DNA of 64,000 bases from an uncultured Acidobacteriota bacterium (GCA_963796275.1 CAWCKY010000003.1:1088001-1152000); one strand, 5' to 3'. Positions 44,826 through 55,453 are shown, numbered from the stretch's first letter. The notes: a model not told the origin generated them from the letters alone. A program made the numbers and translations.

Positions 44826-45803
44826 TCAATAAATCTCTGGCTCGCCCTCCGGGCGCGTCCGCCAGCGACGATGTATCCACAGCCATTGATCGGGGTAGCG
44901 GCGGATGATCGATTCAAGCACCTTAGCGTATTGTGCTGTATTGGCGACTATATCTTCCTTCTGATTTCCGGTGTCGATCGTTTCGATCGGCTTTTCGAAG
45001 TGCAGTCGGTGGACACGCTGCTTATCATCCCACACGAGATATCCGGGCATGACGACGGCGCCCGTACGCATAGCCAGAGTGGCTACGCCCGCTGTGGTAC
45101 ATGCCGGCACCCCGAAGAAATCGCAGAAGACCCCTTCTTCTCGCGATGAATTGAGATCGGCGAGAATACCGACAGCCCCGCCGGACTTCAATGTCTTAAT
45201 CACCTCGCGCGCCGATTTAGTCTTGTCGATGCTGCGATTGCCGAAACGGGCGCGATAGCTTTCGGCCAACTGTTCGACTAACGGATTATCTACGCGCCGC
45301 GCCAGAAAAGATATGGGATGACCATTTATCGAATGCGCGTATACGGACAGTTCCCAGGCGCCGATGTGACCGGTGAGCAGAATCACCCCTCGCCCCCGCG
45401 CCTTCGCCTCCAGGAAGTTGGTGAGGCCATCGTAGTTGACGATTGATGATATGTTGTCGCGGTTGTAGCGCGGGAACTGGCTGATCTCGCCGAGCAGGCG
45501 CCCGAGATTACTGAATACCCCGCGCTTGATGCGCTCGAGTTCCCCTTGCTCGATTTCAGGAAAGGCCAGACGCAGATTGATCTCGGCGTTGCGCCGCAGA
45601 TGTGGCAGAAGCAGTTGCGCGAGCCTGCCGACCGCCTGCCCGATCTTCAATGCGAACGGGCGAGAAAACAGCCCGACGCCATGCAAGATGAACCAGGCTA
45701 TCGCGTATTCGACATAGGTTCGTACTACGCCCCGTTTCCTGATTGCCCACTCCATGGGCTCCGATTTCTCTTTCTGATTGTTGTCTAAAGCAGTGTGATA
45801 CAA
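44826..45803 (-). CDS. Lipid A late acyltransferase (LpxL/HtrB family); start may be 45755
   Basis: TGHIGAWE (H-x4-E) and PDQWLWIHRRWR motifs; next to lpxB. Confidence 0.88.
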   Translation of the reverse strand: MYHTALDNNQKEKSEPMEWAIRKRGVVRTYVEYAIAWFILHGVGLFSRPFALKIGQAVGRLAQLLLPHLRRNAEINLRLAFPEIEQGELERIKRGVFSNLGRLLGEISQFPRYNRDNISSIVNYDGLTNFLEAKARGRGVILLTGHIGAWELSVYAHSINGHPISFLARRVDNPLVEQLAESYRARFGNRSIDKTKSAREVIKTLKSGGAVGILADLNSSREEGVFCDFFGVPACTTAGVATLAMRTGAVVMPGYLVWDDKQRVHRLHFEKPIETIDTGNQKEDIVANTAQYAKVLESIIRRYPDQWLWIHRRWRTRPEGEPEIY

Positions 45804-45859
45804 GCCGGGACGAAACTAGCATTCGTGGCGGGTGACTGTCAATTTATGCTGATTCGTCA

Positions 45860-45935
45860 AAAACACAAAAATAGACACAAAAAGCACAAAGAATATTCTT
45901 TGTGCTTTCTGTGCCCCTACTTTGTGTTTTCTGCG
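45860..45935. repeat. Inverted short-repeat array (CACAAA)n ... (TTTGTG)n
   Basis: Directly visible after the SGNH gene stop. Confidence 0.7.
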
Positions 45936-45939
45936 GTGA

Positions 45940-46800
45940 TTACTCCGCTATTCGCTGAAACGGGCTATATCCCAGGCTATTCAACCGTTCGGCTATCAGC
46001 TGGTGACCTCGCCCGTTTGGGTGAAGGCCGTCGAAGGCGATAAAACCGCGATCACCCGCGTCCAGCGTACCGTTAGGTCCGTTGAATGCCCGATAGACCT
46101 GGGCGGAAGGAATGTTATACGCGCGCGCTGTTTCGGCGATATAGTTGTTGATCTGGTCAAGATAGATCTTTCCGACCTGAAAATCATTGCCCTGATCATT
46201 CGGCCACGTGTCTCGCGCACTATCCACATTGACGTATGGGTTGTAAACATCCATCGTCCGGATGATTGTGTTACTGGTGCTGCGCAGCGAGAGGACTTCT
46301 AAGAGTATAGCGTTAAAATTTCCTTTGAATGTCGCGACCATTGCCCTCAGGCAATCTTGATTATCCGGCCCTCCGCAGGTCCTATCTCCATAGCTGCCGC
46401 GCGCGCCTAAGAGGTCATTGCCGCCAATATTCACGGTAACGATTGGCGAAGCAGCGACAGAGACGCGAAAGAGAATATTTCCGCTGATCGCGCCCAGCAG
46501 ATCGCTGCTCGTCCAGCCAGGGACGCAGAGGTTGATCGCAGTTACATTCGCTCCGGTGTTGGCTTCGACGAGGCGACCATAGGCAGGCACATAGCCATCT
46601 CCGATGGGCGCGAAGAGGCCAAAGCCGATTGAATCGCCGATACCGGTATATACCACGTTCTGCGCAGCCGCTTCTTTAGGCGTCGCAAGTAGCGTTAAGA
46701 GAAATAGTGAGCAAATGCTCAGGCTAACGGCTCTTCTGGTGAATATATTACGGTTGGTGATTTTGCTTAGAACCCGATGCGCTCTAGAAAACAGACTCAT
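45940..46800 (-). CDS. Secreted SGNH/GDSL hydrolase
   Basis: GDSIG, IGGND and DGLHP motifs; signal peptide. Confidence 0.9.
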   Translation of the reverse strand: MSLFSRAHRVLSKITNRNIFTRRAVSLSICSLFLLTLLATPKEAAAQNVVYTGIGDSIGFGLFAPIGDGYVPAYGRLVEANTGANVTAINLCVPGWTSSDLLGAISGNILFRVSVAASPIVTVNIGGNDLLGARGSYGDRTCGGPDNQDCLRAMVATFKGNFNAILLEVLSLRSTSNTIIRTMDVYNPYVNVDSARDTWPNDQGNDFQVGKIYLDQINNYIAETARAYNIPSAQVYRAFNGPNGTLDAGDRGFIAFDGLHPNGRGHQLIAERLNSLGYSPFQRIAE

Positions 46801-47125
46801 AGGTCTTCCTCCTTTAATTGCTTAAAGTTAATTACTGCAAGTTAATGAATTCGTGAGTGAGGTTTTCTCGCATGTATCCTGTGTATCAGGGGGGATTGGG
46901 GCTTGTGGGGAAGCTTCAAATTATAGTGTCTGGAACTACAAAATATTTCGCTGCTATAACTGAGGCACTAGCAAAAACCGGATGCAGGATGCCACACGCG
47001 AGTTGTCGGAGTCAATCACGAGTTGATCGACGCATAATCAACCGTTATTATTGCCTGCGTCAGAAAACGCTAAATCGTGGGGGAAACCCCGTTCCATCAA
47101 ACATTTGTAACTCAGACTAACTCAT

Positions 47126-47581
47126 ATGATCACTAAGCGAGATGGATTTGTTGCTTTGTTAACCCTGAGTGTGACGCTGACCGTGGTTGGCTTCGCTCAA
47201 ACCGATTCAACATTAATGGGTTCTTCGATTTTCGATTGGAGTTCGATTGAAGCGAAGACTACAAAAGTAGGAGCGACGCGCAAATTTTTTCAGGCTCCCA
47301 CGGCTACACTTGATGAGCTGGAATGCCACGTTACTACGCTCAATCCAGGTGAGACGCCTCATCCCCCGCATAAGCATGCGGACGAGGAATTGATAATAAT
47401 AAAAGAGGGAACAGTCGAATCTCTCGTCAATGGCCAAATCAAACGCGTGGGACCCGGTTCGGTGATCTTTCAGGCTTCCAACCAGATGCACAGTATCCGC
47501 AACGTAGGTCAGACGCCGGCGACTTATCATGTAATCAAATGGAATTCTCCCGGGATGTTAAAAGCTAAACAGAAGCCGTAG
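47126..47581 (+). CDS. Secreted cupin-domain protein
   Basis: HPPHKHADEE and HSIRN motifs. Confidence 0.85.
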   Translation: MITKRDGFVALLTLSVTLTVVGFAQTDSTLMGSSIFDWSSIEAKTTKVGATRKFFQAPTATLDELECHVTTLNPGETPHPPHKHADEELIIIKEGTVESLVNGQIKRVGPGSVIFQASNQMHSIRNVGQTPATYHVIKWNSPGMLKAKQKP

Positions 47582-47585
47582 CAGT

Positions 47586-48119
47586 ATGGCGTCAATCATC
47601 ACACATCCGATCGTGCCGATAACAGTCGCGGTGATATTTCCCAGGAAAATTATCGCCCCCGCTGTGCTAATTGCCGGCGCGATCTGTTCTATCGTACCCG
47701 ACTTCGACGTTATCGGCTTCGCATTCGCAATCGAATACGGCGACATGCTGGGTCATCGAGGCATCACGCATTCGATAATGTTTGCCGCCTTACTCGCGGC
47801 ACCCCTCACCTTTCTCCTCGTCCGCCATGAGCGCAATACACGTCTTCCGGTCTTCGTATTCTTATTCTTATCGACTCTCTCACACGCAATCCTGGATGCC
47901 ATGACTAACGGTGGTCTGGGTGTGGCACTATTCGCACCCTTCGATAACACGCGGTACTTTCTGCCATGGCGGCCGATTGTCGTATCTCCCATCGGCGTTG
48001 CCGGGTTTTTTTCGGTTCGGGGGCTACGCGTAATCCAGAGTGAATTGCTGTGGATATGGATTCCATCGGCAATCGTATATGGCGTTGCACGCTATTGTAA
48101 AAATGTATGGCTGATATGA
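47586..48119 (+). CDS. Membrane-bound metal-dependent hydrolase (YdjM/YbcI-like)
   Basis: PDFD, HRGITHS and SHAILDAMTNGG motifs. Confidence 0.88.
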   Translation: MASIITHPIVPITVAVIFPRKIIAPAVLIAGAICSIVPDFDVIGFAFAIEYGDMLGHRGITHSIMFAALLAAPLTFLLVRHERNTRLPVFVFLFLSTLSHAILDAMTNGGLGVALFAPFDNTRYFLPWRPIVVSPIGVAGFFSVRGLRVIQSELLWIWIPSAIVYGVARYCKNVWLI

Positions 48120-48520
48120 TTCCGGTTGTATCGTTCGCGCGGCTGGAGGAGATGGAGCCGATCTGCATCACGTTCAAAGACGTCCCGTATTGTCTGATCA
48201 GGGTCGGAGAGGAGATATATGCATTCGTTTCAATATGCCCGCACAAAGATCTGGCGATGCTTCCTCCGAAGGTGAAGAATGGATTGATTGTCTGCCCGCA
48301 TCATAAGGTAGGGTTTGACCCGATCACCGGTGAGGTGGTTAAAGACCAGGGGAAAAGCGTCGAGGATCTGACTCCTGTGAGGACTGAGATAGTTGATGGT
48401 GTTATTTATCTGGAAGCGCGGAAGCGTTATCGCAGGCTTGTGCCGAAGAGCGAGCGGGAGTGGCTGGAAAAAGAGAGCAAAAAATCGGAGAAGATTATGG
48501 AGGAGTACAATAAAAGATAA
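48107..48520 (+). CDS. Rieske 2Fe-2S ferredoxin
   Basis: CPH...CPHH motif. Confidence 0.82.
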   Translation: MADMIPVVSFARLEEMEPICITFKDVPYCLIRVGEEIYAFVSICPHKDLAMLPPKVKNGLIVCPHHKVGFDPITGEVVKDQGKSVEDLTPVRTEIVDGVIYLEARKRYRRLVPKSEREWLEKESKKSEKIMEEYNKR

Positions 48521-49182
48521 TGAGCGATCAGAAACGAGCGGTTATCTGGGATTTGGATGGAACGCTTATCGATTCATCCGCTTTTCATTGGGAGGCATGG
48601 CAGCAGGTGATGAAGGCTGAAAACCTGGCATTGACATATGAAGAATATGTCGCAGATTTTGGCAAGCGAAATGACGAAATTTTGCGCGGGCGTCTTGGCC
48701 CCAACCTGACTGATGGCGATATCGTGCGGATCACAGACGCGAAAGAGGGAATATACCGCGAACTGGTGCGGTCGAGAGGGCTGAAACTTTTACCGGGCGC
48801 CGGTTATTGGCTGCAACGACTGAAATCCGATGATTGGCTGCAGGCGCTCGCTACCTCATCGCCGCGGGGCAATATCGGCGCGGTATTCGCTGCGCTGGGG
48901 ATAGAGAAGTACTTCGACGTGGTGGTTTCTTCGGAAGAAGTGGAACACGGCAAACCGCATCCGGATGTTTTCCTGTGGGCGGCGGAGCAACTGAAGGTGG
49001 CGTCCAGTAGGTGTATCGTGGTCGAGGACGCTCCGGCAGGCATCGAGGCAGCACATCGGGCCGGGATGAGAGCGATCGGCGTGCGGACCACGCATGCCGA
49101 GTTGGTCGCTGATTGGGCTTTTGAATCTTTGGATAGATTGCCGATGGATTTCTTCCATCGAGATGAAGCCCTGAAACAATGA
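48520..49182 (+). CDS. HAD-family phosphatase (beta-PGM-like)
   Basis: [16 protein letters not shown] and VEDAPAG motifs. Confidence 0.9.
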   Translation: MSDQKRAVIWDLDGTLIDSSAFHWEAWQQVMKAENLALTYEEYVADFGKRNDEILRGRLGPNLTDGDIVRITDAKEGIYRELVRSRGLKLLPGAGYWLQRLKSDDWLQALATSSPRGNIGAVFAALGIEKYFDVVVSSEEVEHGKPHPDVFLWAAEQLKVASSRCIVVEDAPAGIEAAHRAGMRAIGVRTTHAELVADWAFESLDRLPMDFFHRDEALKQ

Positions 49183-49295
49183 AGGTATTTAGTCAAGTTA
49201 GAAGTCCTTCGGGCTGTTAGCTGGATCGATCTCTGAAAGATACCTTTCGCTGCCTGCTGAAGACTGAAACCTGAGAATTATTGCCTGAGAGGCGC

Positions 49296-50243
49296 ATGAA
49301 CCGTACTGACCGATTGCTCGCTATCGTACTTGAGCTACAGCGTAAAGGTCATCGGCGCGCTGAAGACCTCGCTGCATTCTTTGAGACCAGTAAACGGACG
49401 ATCTACCGCGATATCCAGGCGCTTTGCGAATCCGGCGTTCCGGTGGTTGCTCAGCCCGGTTCAGGTTACTCGCTCGTCGAAGGTTATTTCCTGCCGCCGG
49501 TCAGTTTCAGCACCGACGAGGCCACTATGCTTTTGCTCGGCGGCGAATTCGTCGCTGATAAATTCGATGCGCAATACCGCGAGGCGGCACATTCGGCGAG
49601 CCGCAAGATCGAGGCCGTGCTATCACAGAAGCTTCGCGCTGAAGTCGATTATTTACGCAGCAGTATCGCATTTGTCCCTGCTCCCGTTCTCTCGGGCAGC
49701 GCCGCAGCCAACTATCTGCCGCAATTGCGGCGCGCGATTATAGAGCAGAGAACGATTAAGTTTCATTATCACACCAGGTATTCGGATGATGGCTCGAGCG
49801 TTCAGAGGACGCGCGAGGCCAATCCATTTGGATTGATCCACTACGGGGACTCATGGTACTTCATCGGCCATTGTCATCTACGTAACGACATACGCAATTT
49901 CAAAATCAACCGAATCTCCGACCTGAAAGTCCTCGAGCGGAAATTCGAACGGCCACCGAATTTCCGGATGGAGCCACCAGAAGATGAGAGCCGCCAACTC
50001 CTCGTGCGCGCACTCTTCGATAGTGATATTGCACCCTGGGTGCGCGAAATGCGGTCTTTTTTTGTCACAAATATGGAGGAGATTCCGGACGGTTTGATGG
50101 TTTCAATGAAAGTCCGCGTCATAAACGAGATTTTACCGTGGTTGCTCAGCTGGGGCGGGCAGGTGCGAATATTGGAGCCCGAATCTGTGCGGCGGATCAT
50201 GATGGAAGAGGCGAAAAAAATGCTCGAAAAAAATTCGTCGTAA
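49296..50243 (+). CDS. YafY-family HTH-WYL-WCX transcription factor
   Basis: MNRTDRLLAI, RTIYRDIQAL and WYFIGHCHLRNDIRNFKINRI motifs. Confidence 0.93.
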   Translation: MNRTDRLLAIVLELQRKGHRRAEDLAAFFETSKRTIYRDIQALCESGVPVVAQPGSGYSLVEGYFLPPVSFSTDEATMLLLGGEFVADKFDAQYREAAHSASRKIEAVLSQKLRAEVDYLRSSIAFVPAPVLSGSAAANYLPQLRRAIIEQRTIKFHYHTRYSDDGSSVQRTREANPFGLIHYGDSWYFIGHCHLRNDIRNFKINRISDLKVLERKFERPPNFRMEPPEDESRQLLVRALFDSDIAPWVREMRSFFVTNMEEIPDGLMVSMKVRVINEILPWLLSWGGQVRILEPESVRRIMMEEAKKMLEKNSS

Positions 50244-50254
50244 TGAATAGCTAC

Positions 50255-50287
50255 TGACATAGGGCTGTCACATGGGTGGAATATTTT
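50255..50287 (+). promoter_or_regulatory. Candidate WYL-regulator site/promoter: TGACA-N6-TGTCA, with TGTCAC-N10-TA-N3-T
   Basis: Palindrome at 50255-50270 between the regulator and the DinB gene. Confidence 0.65.
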
Positions 50288-50327
50288 GTCTCTGTTCGAA
50301 AAACACAGTTTTAGAAGGGAGACTGAA

Positions 50328-50843
50328 ATGACGAAAGAAGGACTGCTCAAACAATACGCCTATTTCAAGATGGTTCATGGTGTGACCTTGCGCCTGATCG
50401 GAACCTTTGAGGATAAGGATATCGATTTTCGTCCCGCGCCAGGTATGCGCTCGGTGCGCGAGCTGATTACACACACATACGGTATGATGGGCACTTTCTC
50501 TGAGGGAATACGAAGAGGCAGGCTGACAGCCGAAATTGAAAATCATGCAATACCGGAGACCGATGAGGGCAGAGCGAAAGCGTTCTCATTTAAAACTATG
50601 GCGGCGCTTCAAGATTTCGCGCTGAAAAATTTCCGCACGATTGAGGAAACTCTGGCGGGACTCACGGACGAACAACTGGCACAACCGCTTGAGTCTCCTT
50701 TCGGAACATATCCCACCTGGCAGTACTTCACTTTCGCTTACGACGAGCACTGGCATCATCGCGGGCAACTTTATACTTATGCGAGGTTGGTTGGAAAAGA
50801 ACCGCCGATGCTCTATGACTACGAAAATTCTCCGGTTCAATAG
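50328..50843 (+). CDS. DinB/YfiT-family protein
   Basis: FRPAPGMRSVRELITH and EHWHHRGQLYTYAR motifs. Confidence 0.88.
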   Translation: MTKEGLLKQYAYFKMVHGVTLRLIGTFEDKDIDFRPAPGMRSVRELITHTYGMMGTFSEGIRRGRLTAEIENHAIPETDEGRAKAFSFKTMAALQDFALKNFRTIEETLAGLTDEQLAQPLESPFGTYPTWQYFTFAYDEHWHHRGQLYTYARLVGKEPPMLYDYENSPVQ

Positions 50844-50889
50844 TTATTATTGACATTCAGCTTGGTCGTTTAAAAAATAATGCAAACAG

Positions 50890-50929
50890 GTAGGGCAGAC
50901 CTATGTGTAATACACAGGTCTGCTCTTAC
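50890..50929. repeat. GTAG-type REP-like hairpin at the core/accessory boundary
   Basis: GTAGGGCAGACCT...AGGTCTGCTCTTAC. Confidence 0.55.
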
Positions 50930-50962
50930 GTTGGATGACGTGATTGCATCTATTTTTCAAAG

Positions 50963-51758
50963 TTGGGTAGATTGTGGGTTGCACTCGATCGAGCCTGGCC
51001 GCTGTTGACCGGAGGACCGGCAGGAACGGGCAAAACCTCGCTCTGTGAAGCCCTGGCTGAGGGTTGTAACCTGCCGATGTTTGAGGTGACGGGGCATCCG
51101 GGCCATGAAGCGAGGGACATCATCGGCGCTTGGAACCGAAGGGCAGGACAGAGCGGAGGATGCTGCCCTTGCCGCCGGCGCGTCGCAGCAGGAAGCCGCG
51201 CGGGAAAGGTGGAGAGAGGAGTTCTTCGAGTGTGGAGAGGTGCTCGACGCATACCGCGAGGCGGCGCGTGCCGCGGCGGCCGGCGAGCCGCCGCCAGTGT
51301 TACTAATCGACGAAGTCGAAAAGCTTCCTGTGCCGATCCTTCCACTGTTGATCGAGCCCACGCTTAAGAAAGTGGGAGCGCGTGCGAGATTGCCGTATGA
51401 GGTCAGGTTCGCCCCGGCTGCGCTCGACACGCTGTGCAACTGGGGCTACAGATGGCCGGGCATTTTCCGCGAGTTCGAAAACACAATTCTGTAGCTGGCG
51501 ATAAAAGCGAAGAGAACCGAGGGAGTCATCACGGAAGCTCTCGTGTGGGAGATGTTCGGGCGGAGCGGCGCAATTGCGGAGGACTGCAGCGGCGGCGCTA
51601 GCGCCGAAATTGATGAGATGCGGGAATATCTCGACATCATGGGAGCGCTCAAGATGACACGCGGAAACAAACGAAAAGCAGCTCTCTTTTTGGGAATGCC
51701 TCGCACGACGATGCAAACGAAGCTCCAGAGATTCGAGCGCCGCGCAGGCCGTTTTTAA
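50963..51758 (+). pseudogene. Degenerate MoxR/CoxD-like AAA+ fragment joined to a sigma54-EBP-type C-terminus with Fis HTH
   Basis: GPAGTGKT and VLLIDEVEK lie in different frames; then YRWPGIFREFEN, an in-frame TAG at 51492, and GNKRKAALFLGMPRTT. Confidence 0.7.
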
Positions 51759-51912
51759 AATACGCACAGCTTCAATCACCTATGCGCGATTTATCGGGGA
51801 TAAAAAGTCTCGGCCGAGCCAGGAGCACAGAGTACAAACATCCACTCAGCCGATAAAGCGTCTTCCCAATCCCTGCGACAAATCCGTGGCCGAGAGGCTC
51901 TCGTAGGGATTA

Positions 51913-52248
51913 GTGGTTAGTAGCGAGAGAATTTATGCAGGTAGTCCGAGCATACGAACAATGAAAAGAGCGAACAGCCCTAATAGGCATACGTGTGCCC
52001 CCTCACAGACGAACGCGAAGCATGGAGCTTCGGTCGATGGTGAGTCGCTCCTCGATGATCGAGATTGGGAGCTTTTCCTGAAAGCATCCGGACTTGATGG
52101 CGATCCGGAGGTGGCGGCTGACGTGCAGGCTCGTCTCTGGTTGCGGCTTGACGAAACTCTCGACCAGCCGTCGAGCGGCAGGCGGTTACGGAGCACGTTT
52201 CGCGCCGGGATCAGGGAAGCTCACAAGCGCTCGAAGTTCATCGAGTAA
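51913..52248 (+). CDS. Hypothetical protein (possibly truncated), paralogue of the next ORF
   Basis: Shares the QARLWLRLDE...FRAGIREA motif; start uncertain. Confidence 0.5.
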   Translation: MVSSERIYAGSPSIRTMKRANSPNRHTCAPSQTNAKHGASVDGESLLDDRDWELFLKASGLDGDPEVAADVQARLWLRLDETLDQPSSGRRLRSTFRAGIREAHKRSKFIE

Positions 52249-52262
52249 CCATAGAAGAATAC

Positions 52263-52658
52263 ATGGCATACATCGAAGGGGACCTGGATATCTATTTTGT
52301 GAATGATGGTATTGAATTACTCTATCACAGAGAGGTAAGGCCTATCGAGATTATGGCATGGACGGATTCTCTGTTTGATGCGCAAGACTGGCTGACATTT
52401 TTGAATCCGGATGCACTTCATGACGATCCGGATGCGGTCGACGATCAAGCCCGTCTTTGGTTGCGACTGGATGAAATCCTAAACAATCCACAGAATGCAG
52501 CTCGATTACGGTATACGTTTAGGGCAGGCATTAGAGAGGCTCAAACACGTTCGACATATAAACACCTGCCGCTACAAGACTACATCGCACATATCAAGAA
52601 CGGATACAGCCGAGAGATCAGGAATACTCTGAGCGGCATGGGTAGAAGGAGAGGGTAA
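52263..52658 (+). CDS. Hypothetical protein
   Basis: 131-aa ORF with a paralogous motif upstream; abuts the next ORF. Confidence 0.65.
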   Translation: MAYIEGDLDIYFVNDGIELLYHREVRPIEIMAWTDSLFDAQDWLTFLNPDALHDDPDAVDDQARLWLRLDEILNNPQNAARLRYTFRAGIREAQTRSTYKHLPLQDYIAHIKNGYSREIRNTLSGMGRRRG

Positions 52659-52659
52659 T

Positions 52660-53262
52660 ATGGCCGCAAGACCACGGGACACTCCCTCACCCAAACAAAT
52701 TAAAGACGCGTTGAGAGAGGCATCAGATGACGACCTGTTCTATGAGGCCTGTCGACGGGGGATGATCTCGTCTCTGGAAATCAAAAGAAGGGAAAGGTGG
52801 GGGGAGGCAAAAAAATCCCAAGAAGATCAAAAAGATTCTGCAGCCAGGCACAGAGAATATGTTGAGGAATTGTTTATCCTACTTCACCAGAAGCGGATCG
52901 AGATGATGAAGGAGAAATGTATCTGGCGCGCGCACACGGCTCCTGAGTTTGCCGCTCTTGGCGTGGTGATGACCAAAACAATTTTCGATCATTTGGTCGA
53001 TGCCCGGCGTGCCGAGTTGGATCAGGGCAGTTGTAATATTGAATCGCTATTGGAAGACTTCATGAGTGATAGCGGCCGCTCATTTGCGGAAAGTCTTGTT
53101 TCAGGAGATATCCGCATCCGGCCTAGTTTGTGGGCAAGTCTCATTTATACGACGGTCCATTATGCTGCTATGTCTTTCTCGGACATAGTGGATGAAGATG
53201 CAGTAGAACCGCTAGACCAGGACGATCAGAATAGTGACAATGAGCCTGGTTTCATCAACTAA
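52660..53262 (+). CDS. Hypothetical protein
   Basis: 200-aa ORF with AGGAGAGG RBS, helical, acidic tail. Confidence 0.65.
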   Translation: MAARPRDTPSPKQIKDALREASDDDLFYEACRRGMISSLEIKRRERWGEAKKSQEDQKDSAARHREYVEELFILLHQKRIEMMKEKCIWRAHTAPEFAALGVVMTKTIFDHLVDARRAELDQGSCNIESLLEDFMSDSGRSFAESLVSGDIRIRPSLWASLIYTTVHYAAMSFSDIVDEDAVEPLDQDDQNSDNEPGFIN

Positions 53263-53369
53263 CGAAAAGCCCGCCAGTTCCGCATTTTCAAGTAGGCAGA
53301 GGAACAATTGAAACGAGTAGAGCCGCCTTTATCTCCTCTTATTTGCATCGTGCTCAGCTCCTCTCGCCG

Positions 53370-53748
53370 TCAACCCACCGCTTTGCTCCGGGGTCCTTCG
53401 GAGCGCCCCACACACAATCGATCGTAGATTTGGCTAGCCGTATGGCGCTGTTTGCGCGGCGCCTTCTGATTCTCGGTCAGAAATCTGGTCGATAACTCGC
53501 GCACGGGTCGAACACAGGACTGTGTCGCCGCGGGGATTTGCGGGCAGGAGTAAGAGCGTTGGCCTGCACTTGTACCGACGCCGAATTCATACTCACGCCT
53601 GATCTGTTCTAAGAGTTCCAGTTTGTTCTCGTTGTCATTGGTGGCCTCCCTGACTCGGATTTGTTTAGTCAAGAGGTGAAGGTTCCAGGGACGAGAGGGG
53701 TCAAATCAGGGCACCAAAATGGGCCAAATCAGCAAATCAGTGCCAGAA
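53370..53748 (-). mobile_element. IS21-family relic (IstA N-terminal fragments and end repeats)
   Basis: LELLEQIRREYEFGVGT and APRKQRHTASQIYDRL; repeated GG[T/C]CAAATCAG at 53698-53740. Confidence 0.65.
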
Positions 53749-54035
53749 AGCCCTGAAAAATTAAATTCTGAAAGATTCGCATTAAATTAATCACTCCTTA
53801 TACAGGAAGGAGTTTGTTGTGGGAGCCGATTGCCGATAATCGGGTTCTTCTAGTTGTTCTCAACGTAGGTCCTCACTAATCGCCGTTCTATCGTGATTGA
53901 GCTTGTCGGTCCTTTACCGAGGAATACTCGATGATGTGTCTGCTCGCCGGCAAGTGAGAATCGTGCGTGATTGTATATAATTTGGAAGCAAAGGAAATAG
54001 CCTCTGTCATAGCTCGAAGGCGATGACCGCAGAGT

Positions 54036-54980
54036 ATGACACCTTCCTCAACTGCACGCGGCAGCCTGGAATATCAGTTTACAAATGAAGTCACCCTGGC
54101 ACCAATTGCCGTTGAGGTCCAATCCAAGGAGCCCCATGTTGCGTATCGTCAGCCTTTCTGCCTCTCGTCTCGTCTTGTCAATTCTATTCTCATTCAGTCT
54201 GATTTATGGGCCGGTCATCTCGCTCAGATCAGTGAGCGCGGAAAACCTGTCCCGATCAAGCCCTCAAGCAAAGCCCAACAAGTGACCAAGCATCACAAGG
54301 AGGGCGAGATAATCGTCAAATTCAAACAGGACGCGCCGCAGTCGCTGCGCGATCTGGTCGTCCAAACCTATGCCAGCAGCGAGAAGCAGTCGCGCGGGCG
54401 CGGCAAATTGAGCACGCTCCGGATCAAGGGCGGGCTCGATCTGAGCGATACCATCTTCAACATCAAGCAGATGGATGCGATCGTCGAGTACGCCGAGCCG
54501 AACTACGTCGTCACTCGTACCGGTAATCTCAAGAAGCTGAATCGTCACGCCCTCTCAAAGCCGACTACAAAAATTCCGAACGATTCCAGGTTCAGCCTGC
54601 AGTGGGCGCTCTCAAACGCGGGCCAGAACAACGGCGCGCCAGGCTCGGACATCGGCGCCCTGGCCGGCTGGCAGCAGACCACGGGCTCAGAGAAGACGAT
54701 CATCGCCGTGATCGATACGGGAGTCGATGCGAGGCATCCCGACCTGGCGCGCAACCTCTGGGTCAACAAACAGGAGAGCAAGGGCAAGCGGGGCGAGGAC
54801 GATGATGGCGATGGTTATTTCGACAATGTCTCGGGATGGAATTTCGTCAATGATTCAAACAATGTGACAGACGATCACGGGCACGGGACGGCGATGGCGG
54901 GCATCATCGCGGCCGAGGGCGATAACCGCGAAGGGATCGCGGGTGTGATGAGGCGCGCGAGCATTATGGCGCTCAAGGCA
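54036..54980 (+). pseudogene. S8 subtilase N-terminal part (prodomain, catalytic Asp and His; Ser region missing)
   Basis: GEIIVKFK, YAEPNY, IAVIDTGVD and HGHGTAMAGII motifs; similarity ends at IMALKA. Confidence 0.85.
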
Positions 54981-54981
54981 G

Positions 54982-55453
54982 AGCGAGACGCGCCAGTTCC
55001 AGGGACTCTCGGGGACCTACCGAGTGAGTTACGCATACAACCTGGTCGATGCGCTCAAGCAGGTGACTTATACGGCCAACAGCTGGACCAAGAGCGTCAA
55101 TTACGATTACAACTTTGCCGGAGCGACTGCGAAGATCGGGACGAACCTCAATCCGCTGGGGGGAGTGAGCGACAACGTGATGAAGACTCTCAACTATCGA
55201 GCGTTTGGAGCGCTCAAGAACGGAGATTTCGGCAACGGGCGGAGGATCGAACTGGACTATAGCCATAAACGGCTGAATATGACGAGCCACAAAGTGATCA
55301 AGGCGAGCCCGTTTGAAGCGATCATCGACAACGTCTATGACTATTACGATACGGCGGAACTCAATAATGGCCGAGTGCAGAAGATCACTGATAATCTCGA
55401 TTCCAATTTCACGGCGACCTATGGATACGACGATTACGATCGGCTCGCGAGTG
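54982..55453 (+). pseudogene. Rhs/YD-repeat fragment upstream of the nested insertions
   Basis: SETRQFQGLSGTYRVSYAYN...YRAFG...YGYDDYDRLAS. Confidence 0.8.

Noticed and set aside
51790-51910. Guanidine (ykkC)-like riboswitch suggested by GGGATAAAAAGTC
   Set aside because: The other conserved elements are missing and no fitting downstream gene is present.
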